Assembly: GCA_016906335.1 (NCBI GenBank)
Contig: JADEYG010000012.1
Location: forward strand, 1 to 64,000
Origin: Novakomyces olei
Taxonomy: Eukaryota
Direction: 5' to 3'
Length of the DNA: 64,000 nt
The position numbers and the translations under genes are program-made. Positions 27,253 through 40,605 of this stretch are shown here, in pieces. A model generated the notes under the pieces. The model did not search any database and was not told where the DNA came from. It saw only the letters and a program-made list of their open reading frames with translations. Each line of letters opens with the position of its first letter. The first letter of the stretch is position 1.

Positions 27253-28862
27253 ATGGTGGATAGCGCAAAGTCTGAAGTGCACCAGACAACTGAACCTGTG
27301 GTGGCGGATTCGTGGTCGCAGATGAAGATAACGCTTAAACTGGACTTCCTTGTGCTGCCGCTTGTGGTTATGCTAATGTTTTTCATGCAACTTGACCGCG
27401 CAAATCTGGGTAATACTCTGACCGCCGGGCTTGCACATGACATTGGAATATCGCAAGCAGTGGTTGATACGGGGACATCTCTCATGTGGCTGGGAATTGT
27501 AATCTCTGAAATTCCTGCCAATATTCTGTTGCAACGTATTGGTCCTTTTAACTGGATCCCCCTTCAAGCGGTTGTTTGGGGCATGATTGCTACTTTCCAA
27601 TGCTTTATTACGAATACCGCGGGATTCATCGTAACACGGCTTTTGCTGGGTCTAGCAGAAGGAGGATTTCTTCCTTGCACAATATACTAGTATCGCTTCC
27701 TAAATATTTATTTCCCTTCATTTCCAATGCGCCCTTCTTTTGTTGTATTTTATGGCTCTAACGTTAAGCCTATCTTGCTTCTACACAAAAAAACAGATGG
27801 GCAGTAGAACTGCTATATTCTTTTGCGGCTTACAGCTCGCTGGTGCAGCAAGCTCTCTTATTGCCTATGGAGTATTCCGTATCGACTCTTCATGGGCTGT
27901 TTGGCGCTTTCTGTTTGCCATCGACGGCGGGGCTACCGTCATTGCGGGAGGTTTGTGTTTTTTCCTTCTGCCTCGTGGACCTCAAGATACGCGTTTGCGC
28001 CTGCCCGGTTCACCACATGTTCTCAGCACCGAAGAGGAAATGCTTCTTTTGCAACGACTCTCGGACAATGATCCGGAAAAGAGCCCTAATGAAATTTATA
28101 TGCGTCTAACGGGAACGAATATAATTTCAACCGTCAAATATTGGCGCATATGGCCTCATCTGCTGATGGCTTTAATTGGAAATCAATACTTTTCACCCAT
28201 GCTTACTTTCATACCAAGTATTGTCAGGTCATTGGGCTTTTCAAGACTAGATTCAAATTTGCTTTCCGCACTTTATCCTATTACAACACTTGTCTTCAAT
28301 GTTATAATATCATTTTTAAGCGATGCTGTACGGGATAGATCCTGTTTTATTCTCTTTTCTGCTACTTGGCTGTTTTGTGGAATGGTGACTCTTTGTGCTA
28401 TGCCACTTTCCTCAGACAGATGGACCATGTATGCTCTCATCGTATTCACAATGACTGGGTCGACTTCATGGCACACGCTCAATGTTGCTTGGCTTGGGTC
28501 CAACGCGAGAAATAGTGCGGAACGCAGTATTTCATATGCCCTGTAAGTTGAAATGCTCTAACTTCATGATATACTAAGCAATCTTTTTTTTCATTCTTAG
28601 TCTCTTTATGGCTGCGAATCTGGCCTCTATCCCAGGCAGCTTCATTTTTCAAGCTTCCGATAAGCCGCGCTATCGTCGAGGATTCACAGCGATCATTGTA
28701 ATGGTCTTTGCTATGATTTGTATCATCATTTTTCAACGGTTGGCGTACGCTTTAGCCAATAAACGTTCGAATCGAAAACAGGAATACGTCTCAAACAATT
28801 CGCCAGAATCTCGTTTGCACTCTAAAAACGAAGAACGACATATGTTCTTGTACCAGTTGTGA
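27253..28862 (+). CDS. MFS transporter, allantoate permease/ACS (Dal5-like) family, two introns
   Basis: KLDFLVLP...QLDRANLGN, EIPANILLQRIGP, RLLLGLAEGGF, WRFLFAIDG, DKPRYRRG. Confidence 0.9.
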
Positions 28863-29064
28863 TGTGCTCAAATGATTTGCCAATTATCAATGTATCATAG
28901 CCAGAGCTTTACATTACATTCAATGCTGTGTATAAACCTCATTTATAGGCAATTCGAATAAGCTGCAGTTTGAGTAATGTAAACTTTATCCACTATTTGA
29001 ATTTAACTTTGATCTGTACAGTTTAATATGTCTTCAGATTGACTATCGCCATACATACATTTTT

Positions 29065-30825
29065 TCAAGGCAATATCCAGTTGTCATTCAGTTCCGGGAA
29101 CAAAGTCAGGAATTCTGCAACTTCAAGAGGCGGCTGTGGTAAGCGTTGAGGCGGAATACCTTCAGAGTGCTCATGATTTTCATGTATTGGCCGAAAAAAA
29201 TGAGACGAGGTAGAGTGGTCACCGACTTCTGAAACTGTGCTTTGCGCTATAGCACGACTATACATTCGGCCAACAATTGCAGAAAATCTACTAGCAATAT
29301 GCTGAGGGGATGCTGCACTGAAAGCAAGCAATCTATTTGCAATATCGGCAACCATATGTATCTCTGGAGCACGTGATTTGCAGAGAAGCAATGCTGCAAA
29401 AGTGATATTATAGTATACCATGTCTGTCATCTGCCGACCTGCATCTGGCGGTATACTGCGGGCTAAAGCCATGATACGGGATGCCAGAGGAAGCACTGCG
29501 GCGGGCACTTCATCAGCACCTTGCATAATGAGCAATATTCGCGCAAAATTGTATCCGATTTCCATAAAATATGCTCGTTCTTGGTCTAGCGCGGACATTA
29601 GACTAAGAAATCATTTCAAATTTGCTCATACCAAAAAGAATTTTCCACTCTTCGTGCCATTGGTCCATCTGCTCCATATAGAATTTACCGTTCAGCGTAT
29701 GAAGACCAGAGTACAGGATAAAGTAGAGCTCCAGCTCCGCAATCATTCGTTCGTCGCGCAAATTTGACCCAGGAAATGCCAAGACATGCCGCGCTGTTTT
29801 GATTTGGTTGGCATTGATAATACACGGTCGCTGCATTCCTACGCAATAACTATGCGTCAATAATATTCCATTAGGAAGATATAAAAATTAAATGATTTGT
29901 ATATTCAGTCAAATCAAAAGCTGCAGATAACCTACTGAAGGTGAACAAGAAACATATGTGTTTGTGCTCGTGCCATTTGAATATCGTCGGCCGAAGTCGT
30001 CATGCAAAGCTGGCATCCATATCCACTAAGAAGCCAGCTGTCCTTGTCTTTAAATCCAAGACCAGCAGTAGAAGCCATTGCAAGAAGAAGCAAGCCTTCA
30101 AGAGTGTATATACGTGGCGGTGATATTTGTAGTAATGGTCCCACAAGCCGTTTCGCTTCAGCAGAAAGCCGCAGAGCTAGGTCCGCCGACTCAACAGTGT
30201 GTCTAGCAGCAAGACAAAGCATACAGACAAAAAGAAATTTGGATTCGCAAATTAAATGCTCAGACAGATCATTGTCACTGACGAATTCGAGGGAGGGCGT
30301 CCATCGACGAGAGTATTCTTTAAGAAATATTTTCAATAACCTTTTGCGCACTGAATAATGAACTAATCTTTCGATGTCTGAATCTTCCTGTGCTGTAATC
30401 CGTCGCCTCTCCGGATCGAGATTCTGAATTAGAGCCATGTGAGCGGGAATATTTTGGACACCCTGACTCGGGACATGCGGGGAGTTATGCTGAGTGGTAT
30501 TCGATACAGATTCATATCGCTGAGCACTGGCATTGCGAGGAAACGACGTATGGTGCTGATGATTGTTTTGGGAGGGCCGACCGCCAAGCTGTCCTTGTAA
30601 AGATCCGATCTTAGTCTCCAAGGCCGCTATTCGTGCCTCATAATCATTTAATGGCGGCTCAGGAGCGTACAGTACACTTGATGAGGGAGCGTATTCGCAA
30701 GGAATTGCGCGAGAAAAGCATCGCAAGCATTGTCCACTTGGAGCGCCTGGCGCCGGTGTGCAGCGCTGCTTAGCACTTCGACAAGCAGTGCAGGCTTTCC
30801 ATGATCGTTCACGCGATGGAGGCAT
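29065..30825 (-). CDS. Zn(II)2Cys6 transcription factor, two introns
   Basis: ACTACRSAKQRC...CLRCFSRAIPCEY binuclear cluster followed by three consecutive ORF segments. Confidence 0.9.
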
Positions 30826-31587
30826 CAGTAGAAATTAGCCGGCTCTCCCGTGCGCCGCGTTATGTGCTACATAAAACATGATACTGTACAAAGACATGAT
30901 CTTGTCTTATGAAAGAGCGCTTTAAATCGCTTGAAAACGGCTACTGGAGCAGAGACCTTTCATCAGATGCGATGCAATTATAAATTACGAATCATCAAAT
31001 TTGTTTGTCCCCTCTTGTTCAAATCATTTCATTTAACTTTTTTACAGAAGCGGGGTTTCGTAATTCTCATTTGCATACTAGTACGCCGTGCTAGTTTCTA
31101 ACCCTTACTTTTTCTTTAACACATTTTTAGAGGTATTCTTATTCATAACACATTCTTAAATTTTTCAAATTTTACTAAGTACATGTTTTGTCCAGAAACA
31201 GTCCGGTCTCATGGCAATCACGATGATGTCAATTTCTTACCGATCATCCGATCTCATTACGCTAGTCATATCATGAACAGCTAGCAACACCTTTCGGGGA
31301 ATTCGTCAGACTCGCTCATTAACAATCAATCACCCTCTACTCATTTGATAGCCAGGAAGCATAAAAATGGCAGAGTAAATCTCCGATAGCATCAATGCAT
31401 GTGACATGACCTGCGTTATAACGTGACGTTGGCGTGATGTCATCACCAGTTCGACAAGCTATATAGCAATTCAGGCTTTTCGACTAAATACAATACTTTC
31501 ATTGCTAATCTGTACGACTTATCTTACGTTCCTTGCCAAAAGGTTTACCACGTTTGTATTGACCTGTATCGTGAAGATCAGACTGCA

Positions 31588-32047
31588 ATGCCTCAACAAT
31601 ATAGTGGCCAAGACTTAAGAGAAATCGCTAATCGGGCTGAGCAAGACCTTTCTACAGAAAAGGCGAAACACGGTGCTCAGGATGGTGGTTTTGGCGGGAA
31701 GACCGTTCATGGAGGAAGTGTGAGCAGTATGTGCTTTTCAATTAAAGAGTCATTCAGATGTGCTGATATGAAATATAGCTCTCGAATCTGGTATTGACCA
31801 GTCAGTCACCAAAAAGTTTCCGGGGAGCACAGCAGAATACGGCGGTAAAGCATCTGGTGTCGGGCGTGAAATTCCTCCTGAAGAGGGTGGCGGTATTCAG
31901 AAAGGCACTGGTCGTGTCACTAAGACTCACGATTTTGAGCTAGGGAAGGCTGGGGAAGGACCTGAGCATATAGCTGCAAGACACATCTCCGAACATGGTG
32001 GTGATGATGATATTCGAAGTAACATCAGACAAAACAGCAGCAATTAA
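31588..32047 (+). CDS. Small Gly-rich hydrophilic hypothetical protein (one intron ~31727-31777)
   Basis: MPQQYSGQDLREIANRAEQDL...|LESGIDQSVTKKFPGS...REIPPEEGG, with a GTATGT...TAG intron. Confidence 0.75.
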
Positions 32048-32575
32048 TTATAGCGATTTGCAACTTCAGAATCAGAATTTATGGTCAATTACCGAGTCAA
32101 TTAAAATATAATCCCATAGGGAGTTGCACATTTGCCAGATTTGTCATTTTTGTTTCCCTTAACACATGAAGTCAACGAATTTGATAGTACACAATTCTGG
32201 AAGGTTTCATATACTGAAATTCTTAGTCCAAAATAGTAATGTGGAAAATTCAAAAATTCAAAAATTCGTGCCTTTGTTGATTGAATGATGTGTAACTAAT
32301 TACCAACTCATTGTTATAATCTCGTACAATTACTACAACAGATTTAGAGATACTATTATGTAGAGCATTTGTTGGCCCCTACCGTTTTAGAACATAATGA
32401 ATTCTGCTCTTTCGAATTTTTTTCTATTGCCCTTCACCTGCCATATTAGTAGATAAGGACCAAGAACCAACTAAATTAGATTTCGTTTACCAAATGACTC
32501 TACAGTCCTTTGAAAAGTTAGTTACGAGATCTTTATGAACGAGATCCAACAAATCTAGACGTTTTGGACGTCCTA

Positions 32576-32870
32576 TGTCATGAAATGGCATAATGCAGCA
32601 GTTGGCGTTGTCGATTTGTCTGCTGATAGTTCGTTAATTTTAGTTTCGTGTTTCTTTTATAATGTAAGAGCCCCTATTAGAGGCTTGAGCACTAAGTTTG
32701 TAGTTTTGTTAGTTTAGCATTTTAGTGTGCATGACTCTAAGAGTCATCTGCACTATAGTGTTTCAGCTTACTTATACTCAACTAGAAGGAGTATCATGGT
32801 CAGCACCTGACATGGTGCAAGTGTAGTGCAACTTGCACAGAACTTGCACCGAGTAAATTAGTTTAGCCTT
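32576..32870 (+). mobile_element. Truncated LTR, family I (complete solo copy at 47770-48275)
   Basis: The TGTCATGAAATG.CATA.TGCAGCAGTTGGCG start and ~215 bp are shared with 47770. Confidence 0.75.
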
Positions 32871-33154
32871 TTTGTTGAGGCTGAACCTCTTTGTTAGGCC
32901 ATAGTGTAGATAGTAAAATTAAAATTAAAAATGACATAATTAAATTAAATTAATTCACTCCAAATACGGAATCTAACCGATTTGGAGGAATATTTAATTA
33001 CTAATCATTAAATCAAGCCACTGATCGGGTATCTGTATCCTATCAATGATAAGGTGATTACTAATTGATCGGTTACTTCTGATCCTATCTGATTACTAAT
33101 TGATAGGAAAGTCTTAATCCTATCTCTTGGCAAATTACGAAGATAAGAGCTGAG

Positions 33155-33558
33155 TGTAATGAACCGCGAAGTTCCATTCGCGAAGTTCCAATTTGGAACT
33201 TTTAACGGTTCTTCTCATAGTTGTTCGTAGGATCTTTTCATAGTTCCGTGCGGAAGCTGTATCTTCCGCACGAAGTGGAACTAGGCCCGACTGGGCAATT
33301 CAGCCACCGCGTGGCTGGACTTCGCCAGCCACGCAACAGTCACGCCAAAGTTCTATAAATAGTTCCGCACCCGGGAAGAGATTTCTCTTCACGGGTTAAC
33401 TCTCTCTTTAATACAAGAATAGAATTCAATCTACGAGTTCTACGAACTCTCCTCCTTTTGCTGCGGCTACCTCCGCTGTTTTAGCAACAGTACCTGTAGA
33501 GGCAGGATAGGCTCCACCGAAGGTTCTTCGAACTTCGGCGACCTTTCAGTTTCTCACA
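33155..33558 (+). mobile_element. Solo LTR family D (404 bp)
   Basis: TGTAAT...TCACA with TSD CTGAG (33150-33154 / 33559-33563). Confidence 0.9.
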
Positions 33559-34615
33559 CTGAGCCTTGAAGTCTATAAAAGGACAAGGTTTTCCATAGTT
33601 TAAGTGTCATATCAATATGACATAATTCCGTTTTCATCGGAGATAATTGTCATGATCCTCGCCTTGGCGAGTTCCTGACAACCGCGTTGGGAAGCGAGGG
33701 GCGACGCCTGTAGTCGGACTTGGGATGTCCGCGCGTCGCAAGCTTCGCCAACGCGGCCCAAGACCAGTCGGCGCGTAACGCGATGGTCTTGGGACGTAGA
33801 AGTTGTCTTAGTGCGCATGTAGGTACGCGCACTAAGCCAGCTTGGCCCACGGGAGCGAGGGGCTCCATGCACAATGTGCACGGACTTCGCTTCCCGTTCT
33901 CATTCTCGCACGCTAGCGAGTGCGACTCTTCGCACTCCGCTAGCGCGAGAACATTCATAGTTATTTCCATAGTCTAGTTTAGGTTGAGAGCTTCCCGCTC
34001 TAACTTGCGCGACCTTCGCACAAGTTAGTTTGGGAAGAGTAGTTTAGAATGCGAAGGAGCATCCGCTCCTCCGCAACTTAGTTTAGTTTATAGTTGCCCG
34101 TGAAGGCCTCTCGCCCTTCACGGGTTGATTATCTCAAAGTGGGAGTAATATATTATATTACTCCTGGTAAGCCTTACAATAATCGCTTTCTGTTCCCTTG
34201 GTTTCTGTAATTCCTTTACTTCTATTTAGACTATACACGACCGGCCTCCAGCGGTTGTAGTTGTAAGGACCGTCTTACACTATAATCAACCCGTCCCGGT
34301 CGTTGAAGTTTGAAGTTTTTTGGAATTGTTTGTGTTTTATTTCCTTCGGATTCGAGAGAGTTTCGGACGTCGAGTCAAAGACGCGGTTCGGTACTTATTT
34401 TTACGGATTTTTACGGAAGTTAAAACGGTTAAAGCGTCGAGTGAAGGACGTGGATTGGAGTTTGAGAATTTTGAGTTATCGAGTGTTCCGGTGAAACACA
34501 GTTATTTTGAGTTATTGAGTATCGGCTTGGATAGTCGACGATTGAGTGAACAATTTACGAAGAACGGTTCTGGAAGAACGATTACGATTACGAGTTTTGC
34601 GGTACGAGGGACAAG

Positions 34616-35548
34616 ATGTCGCAAGAGGAGCTTAACACCTTTTTGCAATCCCTGCAAACTCAGATTGCCGAGTTGAAGGCAGAGAACGAGAAAGGGCGAT
34701 CGCACATTGCGCATCTGACCCAGGAGATCGGTTCGCGAGCTAAGAGAGCTCCGACGAGTGACGGACCAGCGGTGATGAAGCCCGACGCGTTTCGTGGGGA
34801 CCGCAGAATGGTCGAGAATTTTTTGGCGCAGCTTCGCCTTTACATCATGTTGAAACCGCACGAGTTTCGCGACGAGCGTTCGAAGGTTCTGTTCGCAGCT
34901 TCGTATTTGCGGGACGCCGCATTTGCGTGGTTCGAACCACACCTTCGCAACAACGACTTCGCTTCGGTAGTACCTACTTTTGAAGCCTTTTGCGAAGCGT
35001 TGGCCGCGAATTTCGGCAAGGTCGACAGGGTGAGTCAGGCGCAAAGAGAGTTAGCCGCCTTGAGACAACGTGGATCAGCAGCATCTTATGCGAGCATTTT
35101 TCAAAGAATTGCTTCGTACTTGGATTTCAATGACAGTGCGCTGACGTTCATGTATTATCAGGGGCTGAAGGATCGCATCAAGGATGAGCTTTCCAGGATG
35201 GACAGACCCCGCACTTTGAATGAAATGATTGAGATTTCAGTTCGCGTGGATGGAAGAATATCCGACAGGCACATCGAGAGTGCAAGCCGCGGTTCCGTGA
35301 AATATTCCAACAACCGCCCGGCTGCAAACGCGAGTACAAGTTTTACTCCTATGGATGTGGACGCGATTAGTTTGGAAAAGGAGGATAACAACCATCGCAA
35401 AAGCAACATCAAATGCTTTAACTGTGGACGCGTGGGTCATCGAGCAAGAGAATGCAAGCAGAAGAAGAAGACGTACAATCAGCAACACGTCGCTGCATTC
35501 ACGCACGAATTTTCCGATTTGGGAAAAGCGAACGCCCAGGTCCAATGA
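34616..35548 (+). CDS. gag: Element A Gag with CCHC zinc knuckle
   Basis: KVLFAASYLRDAAFAWF, LRQRGSAASY, PMDVD, CFNCGRVGHRAREC. Confidence 0.95.
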   Translation: MSQEELNTFLQSLQTQIAELKAENEKGRSHIAHLTQEIGSRAKRAPTSDGPAVMKPDAFRGDRRMVENFLAQLRLYIMLKPHEFRDERSKVLFAASYLRDAAFAWFEPHLRNNDFASVVPTFEAFCEALAANFGKVDRVSQAQRELAALRQRGSAASYASIFQRIASYLDFNDSALTFMYYQGLKDRIKDELSRMDRPRTLNEMIEISVRVDGRISDRHIESASRGSVKYSNNRPAANASTSFTPMDVDAISLEKEDNNHRKSNIKCFNCGRVGHRARECKQKKKTYNQQHVAAFTHEFSDLGKANAQVQ

Positions 35549-38500
35549 AAAGGCCTGATCTGGGCAAACAACAATTTAGGCCACCAGAAGTTATGACAGT
35601 TTTTACGGAACCGGACAAAGCAAAGCATCTGACTGTCGTCGTGAAAGTCAAGACAGAGGATGGAGAGTTGAACGCGAGAGCCCTGATTGACTCAGGAGCT
35701 ACCTCTAATTTTATCAGCGAGAAGCTCGCATCGCATGCTTTTATTAAGCTTACGGAGAAGAGCGAGACCGAGACCATCAGAGTCATTGATGGAAGGACAA
35801 TCAAGTCAGGAGGTATTCGCTTTCACACCAGCGAGATGGATATATCAATTGGCGAACATCGAGAAAGGATGACCTTCAATGTCATACCTCTTCGTGGATA
35901 CGATGCTATCTTGGGCAAGCCATGGTTGGACAAGCATGAGCCTACGATCGGATGGAGTCGCGCAAACGTCGAGTTCAAGTCGAACTACTGTTTGGCGAAC
36001 TGTTTGAAGTGCAGTACATTATCCGAATCCATGCAAGTCAGCGCAACCGAATTTGCAAGATTGGCTCGTAATGGAGAATCAGGTATTTTATGTGTGTACG
36101 CAACGGACGAGCAAGATATCGAGCCTCGCGTTACATTGCCTGGGTTCTACGAGGGATATCGCGACCTATTTGAGAAGAAGAACGCGGACGTTTTGCCGAA
36201 ACATCAACCTTGGGATCATGCGATACCCTTGGCCGAAAATGCAAAGCCGCCTTTTGGTCCGATCTACCCGCTCGCCGAACGCGAATTGCAAACTCTGAGA
36301 GATTATATCAAGGAAAACCTCGCTAAAGGTTTTATACGACCGTCGTCGTCGCCCGCGGGGGCGCCGATCTTATTTGTCAAAAAGAAAGATGGATCGCTTA
36401 GATTATGCGTTGACTATCGCGGTCTGAACGCAATCACTGTCAAAAACAGATATGCATTACCGCTTATATCCGAACTTCTAGATCGCATTCGCCAAGCAAC
36501 TATTTTTACGCGACTGGATCTTCGCGGTGCATATAATTTGGTTAGGATACGAAAAGGCGACGAATGGAAAACGGCCTTTCGTACGAGGTACGGCCACTAC
36601 GAGTATCAAGTCATGCCGTTTGGGCTTACGAATGCCCCGGCTTCGTTTCAAGCACTCGCCAACGACACTTTGCGAGATTGCCTGGATCGATACGTTGTCG
36701 TTTACTTGGACGATATACTGATTTACTCAAATACAGAGGAAGAACACGTGGAGCACGTGCGCGGAGTATTGGAGAGACTTCGCAAGGCAAATTTATTTGT
36801 CAAATTGGAGAAATGCGAATTCCATACCGACACAACGGAGTTTCTAGGCTTCGTAATTTCAACGAAAGGTGTGTCGATGGAAAATACGAAGGTCAAATCG
36901 ATTGAAACATGGCCCGAGCCAAAGAATGTTAAGGAGGTTATGTCGTTCCTGGGACTGGCGAACTATTACCGAAGATTCATCGCCAACTACAGCAAGATTA
37001 CGGTACCTCTTACCCGGCTCTTGAAGAAGGATACAAAGTTCGTGTTTAGCGATGAATGCAAGGAGTCATTCAATGCGTTGAAGGATGCATTCTTAGGCGC
37101 ACCTATTCTTGTGCACTTTGATCCACAAAAGCCGAGCTTCTTGGAAACGGACGCCTCAGAGTTTGCGATAGGCGGGATCCTTTCGCAAAAAGACGAGAAC
37201 GGCGATATGAGACCAATCGCATTTTACTCGCGCAAGATGACAAGCGCAGAGACGAACTACGACATTCACGACAAGGAGCTATTAGCTATTGTTGTATGTC
37301 TTCGGGAATGGAGGGTATACTTGGAGAGTCCCCTTCACAAAACTACGATATACACGGATCATCGCAATCTTGTGTACTTTTGGACCGCGCGTGTCCTGAA
37401 TAGACGGCAAATGCGCTGGTCGCAGTTACTTGCGTCTTACGATTTTGTGATCGTGTATCGTGCGGGAAAGTTTAACCACAAGGCTGACTCCTTATCGCGA
37501 AGAAGCGATTACGTTAGCAGCGAAGAGGAGGAAAAGCCAGAACGAACAATGGTGCTTTTGGACAAATCGCAATTTGTGTTTGCGATTGAGGACAACAAAA
37601 CGCTGGCACAGGATATTAAGAAATGCTACGAGAAGGACAGCATTTTGCAAAAATATTATTGAGGAGTTAAAGAGCAAGCCTCGTGCTGCTCATTTGGAGA
37701 ACTATACAATAGACAAGGAAGGTCTGTTAATGTTCTCGGGTTTGATTTACATACCCAGAGACAACGATTTGCGATTATCAATCATGCAAGAATGTCATGA
37801 TTCGCAGACTTCAGGTCACCCCGGACAGGCTAAGACGCTAGAGCTTGTGACACGAAATTACTACTGGCCTAGGATGCGGAAGGACGTATTTAACTATGTG
37901 GACTCATGCGACACTTGCGCACGAAGTAAACCATCGCGTCATGCTCCTTATGGTCTACTACATTCGTTGCGAGTGCCTACAAAGCCTTGGGAAAGCATTG
38001 CTATGGACTTCATTGTGAAGCTCCCCGTGTCAAGAGATGTCATTACAGGCAAGGACTACGACTCAATTTGGGTTATAGTATGTCGCTTTACGAAGATAGG
38101 CATCTTTGTACCAATACGCGAGACCATGGCGCGAAAGAACTAGCATTGCTATACGCTCACAGAGTATTTGCTAACTTTGGACTGCCAGAAGAAATTATCT
38201 CAGATCGTGGATCAGTTTTCGTATCACATTTTACGAAGCATTTACTCGCACATTGTGATATCAAGCAAAGGTTATCAACTGCGTACCATCCCCAGAGCGA
38301 TGGACAAACGGAAAGGCTTAATCAGAGCCTCGAGCAATATTTGAGAATTTACAGCAATTACCAACAAACGAATTGGGTAAACTTGCTACCTTTTGCACAG
38401 TTCGCATATAACAATACTGAGCAATCATCAATAAAAGCGACCCCTAGTTACGCTTTATATGGGTATCACCCCAAATGCCGTTTTACGATAGCAACAGCAC

Positions 38501-39068
38501 GGCAGTGTCCATCGGCGGACAATCGGATTGATTTCTTGCGAACGCTACATCGCCTTTTACAGATCGAAATCAAGCACGCCATTAGCGATCAAGCACGGTT
38601 TGCTAATACGCACCGTGTCGACAAGAATTTTGAAGTCGGTCAGAAAGTATGGCTAGTGAGAAAGAACATCAGTACCACTAGGCCAAGCGACAAGTTGGAT
38701 TACAGGAAGATTGGACCCTTTGCAATCTTGGAACGTATCGGTTTACGTGCATACAAGTGGATTTACCGAACACGATGAGAATACACCCAGTATTCCATGC
38801 TTCTTTATTGGAATCGTACAAGTCTACGTCTACGATTGTGCGACAGCAGACAGCACCACCACCACCAATAATAATTGAGAATACACCAGAGTGGGAGGTA
38901 GAGGAAGTGTTGGACTCAAGGAAGCGAAGAAACAAATTGGAATACTTCGTACACTGGAAGGGATACGATAGTGCTAATCGCACTTGGGAGCCGGCAGGCA
39001 ATTTGACAAATTGCGACGATTTAGTGAAAGAATTTCACAGATTACACCCGGCTAAGCCGAAGCTATGA
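35521..39068 (+). CDS. pol: Element A Pol (protease-RT-RNaseH-integrase-chromodomain) via -1 frameshift; three further apparent 1-nt frameshifts
   Basis: LIDSGA, YLDDILI, ETDAS, GHPG...CDTC, ISDRG, DGQTER and chromodomain WEVEEVLDSR...YFVHWKGY...TWEP. Confidence 0.93.
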
Positions 39069-40605
39069 TGTTTACGTTAAACGCGATACAGGTTACGTCA
39101 TTCAACTCACGTAATCTTACGCAATCGCGAGACTCAACTCTTGATTTTTGTCTACGACTGCGATATAATACACAATTCGCACTAGTTATTTATCGCTATT
39201 TGGAAAAAACTTTTTTGAAAATCATGCAAAAAAAAAATTATTAAAATCGAAAACGATGAAGCTAACACCGCTTTAATCATTTACGGCGTTGACAAATTGA
39301 ACGCGACTATTGTTTATTCTATCGCACGACATACACACGTTATACGGAGGAGATACGACAACACTGACCAGGGAGACGACTTGGTTTGCAATTGGAAGAC
39401 AGTATGGTCTACATGTGTTCGTGCTCGCATTTTAATTTTCTTTCCTTACGCAGGGCAATGCGAACATTTATTGATTGATTTGATTTACCCATGCTATTTT
39501 ATTGAGACAAGACTGTGGAAGAGTTGCAATGTTCCTTATTATGTTGAAAGCTGGGAAATCTGTTGTTTTTATTTTCGCCTTACTATTGTTTTGGGATATT
39601 TTATGTTTTGCGGGCGCGGGGACCTCGCCCAAGGGAGGGGGGATACTGTCATGATCCTCGCCTTGGCGAGTTCCTGACAACCGCGTTGGGAAGCGAGGGG
39701 CGACGCCTGTAGTCGGACTTGGGATGTCCGCGCGTCGCAAGCTTCGCCAACGCGGCCCAAGACCAGTCGGCGCGTAACGCGATGGTCTTGGGACGTAGAA
39801 GTTGTCTTAGTGCGCATGTAGGTACGCGCACTAAGCCAGCTTGGCCCACGGGAGCGAGGGGCTCCATGCACAATGTGCACGGACTTCGCTTCCCGTTCTC
39901 ATTCTCGCACGCTAGCGAGTGCGACTCTTCGCACTCCGCTAGCGCGAGAACATTCATAGTTATTTCCATAGTCTAGTTTAGGTTGAGAGCTTCCCGCTCT
40001 AACTTGCGCGACCTTCGCACAAGTTAGTTTGGGAAGAGTAGTTTAGAATGCGAAGGAGCATCCGCTCCTCCGCAACTTAGTTTAGTTTATAGTTGCCCGT
40101 GAAGGCCTCTCGCCCTTCACGGGTTGATTATCTCAAAGTGGGAGTAATATATTATATTACTCCTGGTAAGCCTTACAATAATCGCTTTCTGTTCCCTTGG
40201 TTTCTGTAATTCCTTTACTTCTATTTAGACTATACACGACCGGCCTCCAGCGGTTGTAGTTGTAAGGACCGTCTTACAATAATCCGTTCGATTGCGGATT
40301 ATTTCCAATTCCGGAATTTTAGTTAGCCACTTTGTGGCTTAGACAGTCTTTTCCGTAGTTGTTTCTATTTTTAGTTATAGTTAGTTAGTTCCAGCAAGGA
40401 TAAAAGGAGGCCCGTTCGCACTTTTATCCGACGCTGATTATCGACCGTGTCGACCGTGTTGACCGTGTAAACCGTTTTAAGTACTATTACCTTCCATTTG
40501 GCTTCCCACCACAGTTGCCGTGAAAGCAACACAGCCGTACCCAAACCAAACAAAGAAAAACACAACAGTATAATCAGCCCACGTTGTGGTGCCGAGCCGT
40601 TCGTC

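Larger units (their letters stand above)
33648..40278 (+). mobile_element. Full-length Ty3/gypsy chromovirus A; 632-bp LTRs (33648-34279, 39647-40278), nested in the 5' LTR of B
   Basis: TSD ATAAT (33643-33647 / 40279-40283), LTRs identical by eye, PPT AAGGGAGGGGGG at 39631-39642. Confidence 0.97.

Noticed and set aside
39297-39677. Possible third ORF in element A
   Set aside because: Non-ATG start, short, no recognisable motif; treated as 3' UTR.
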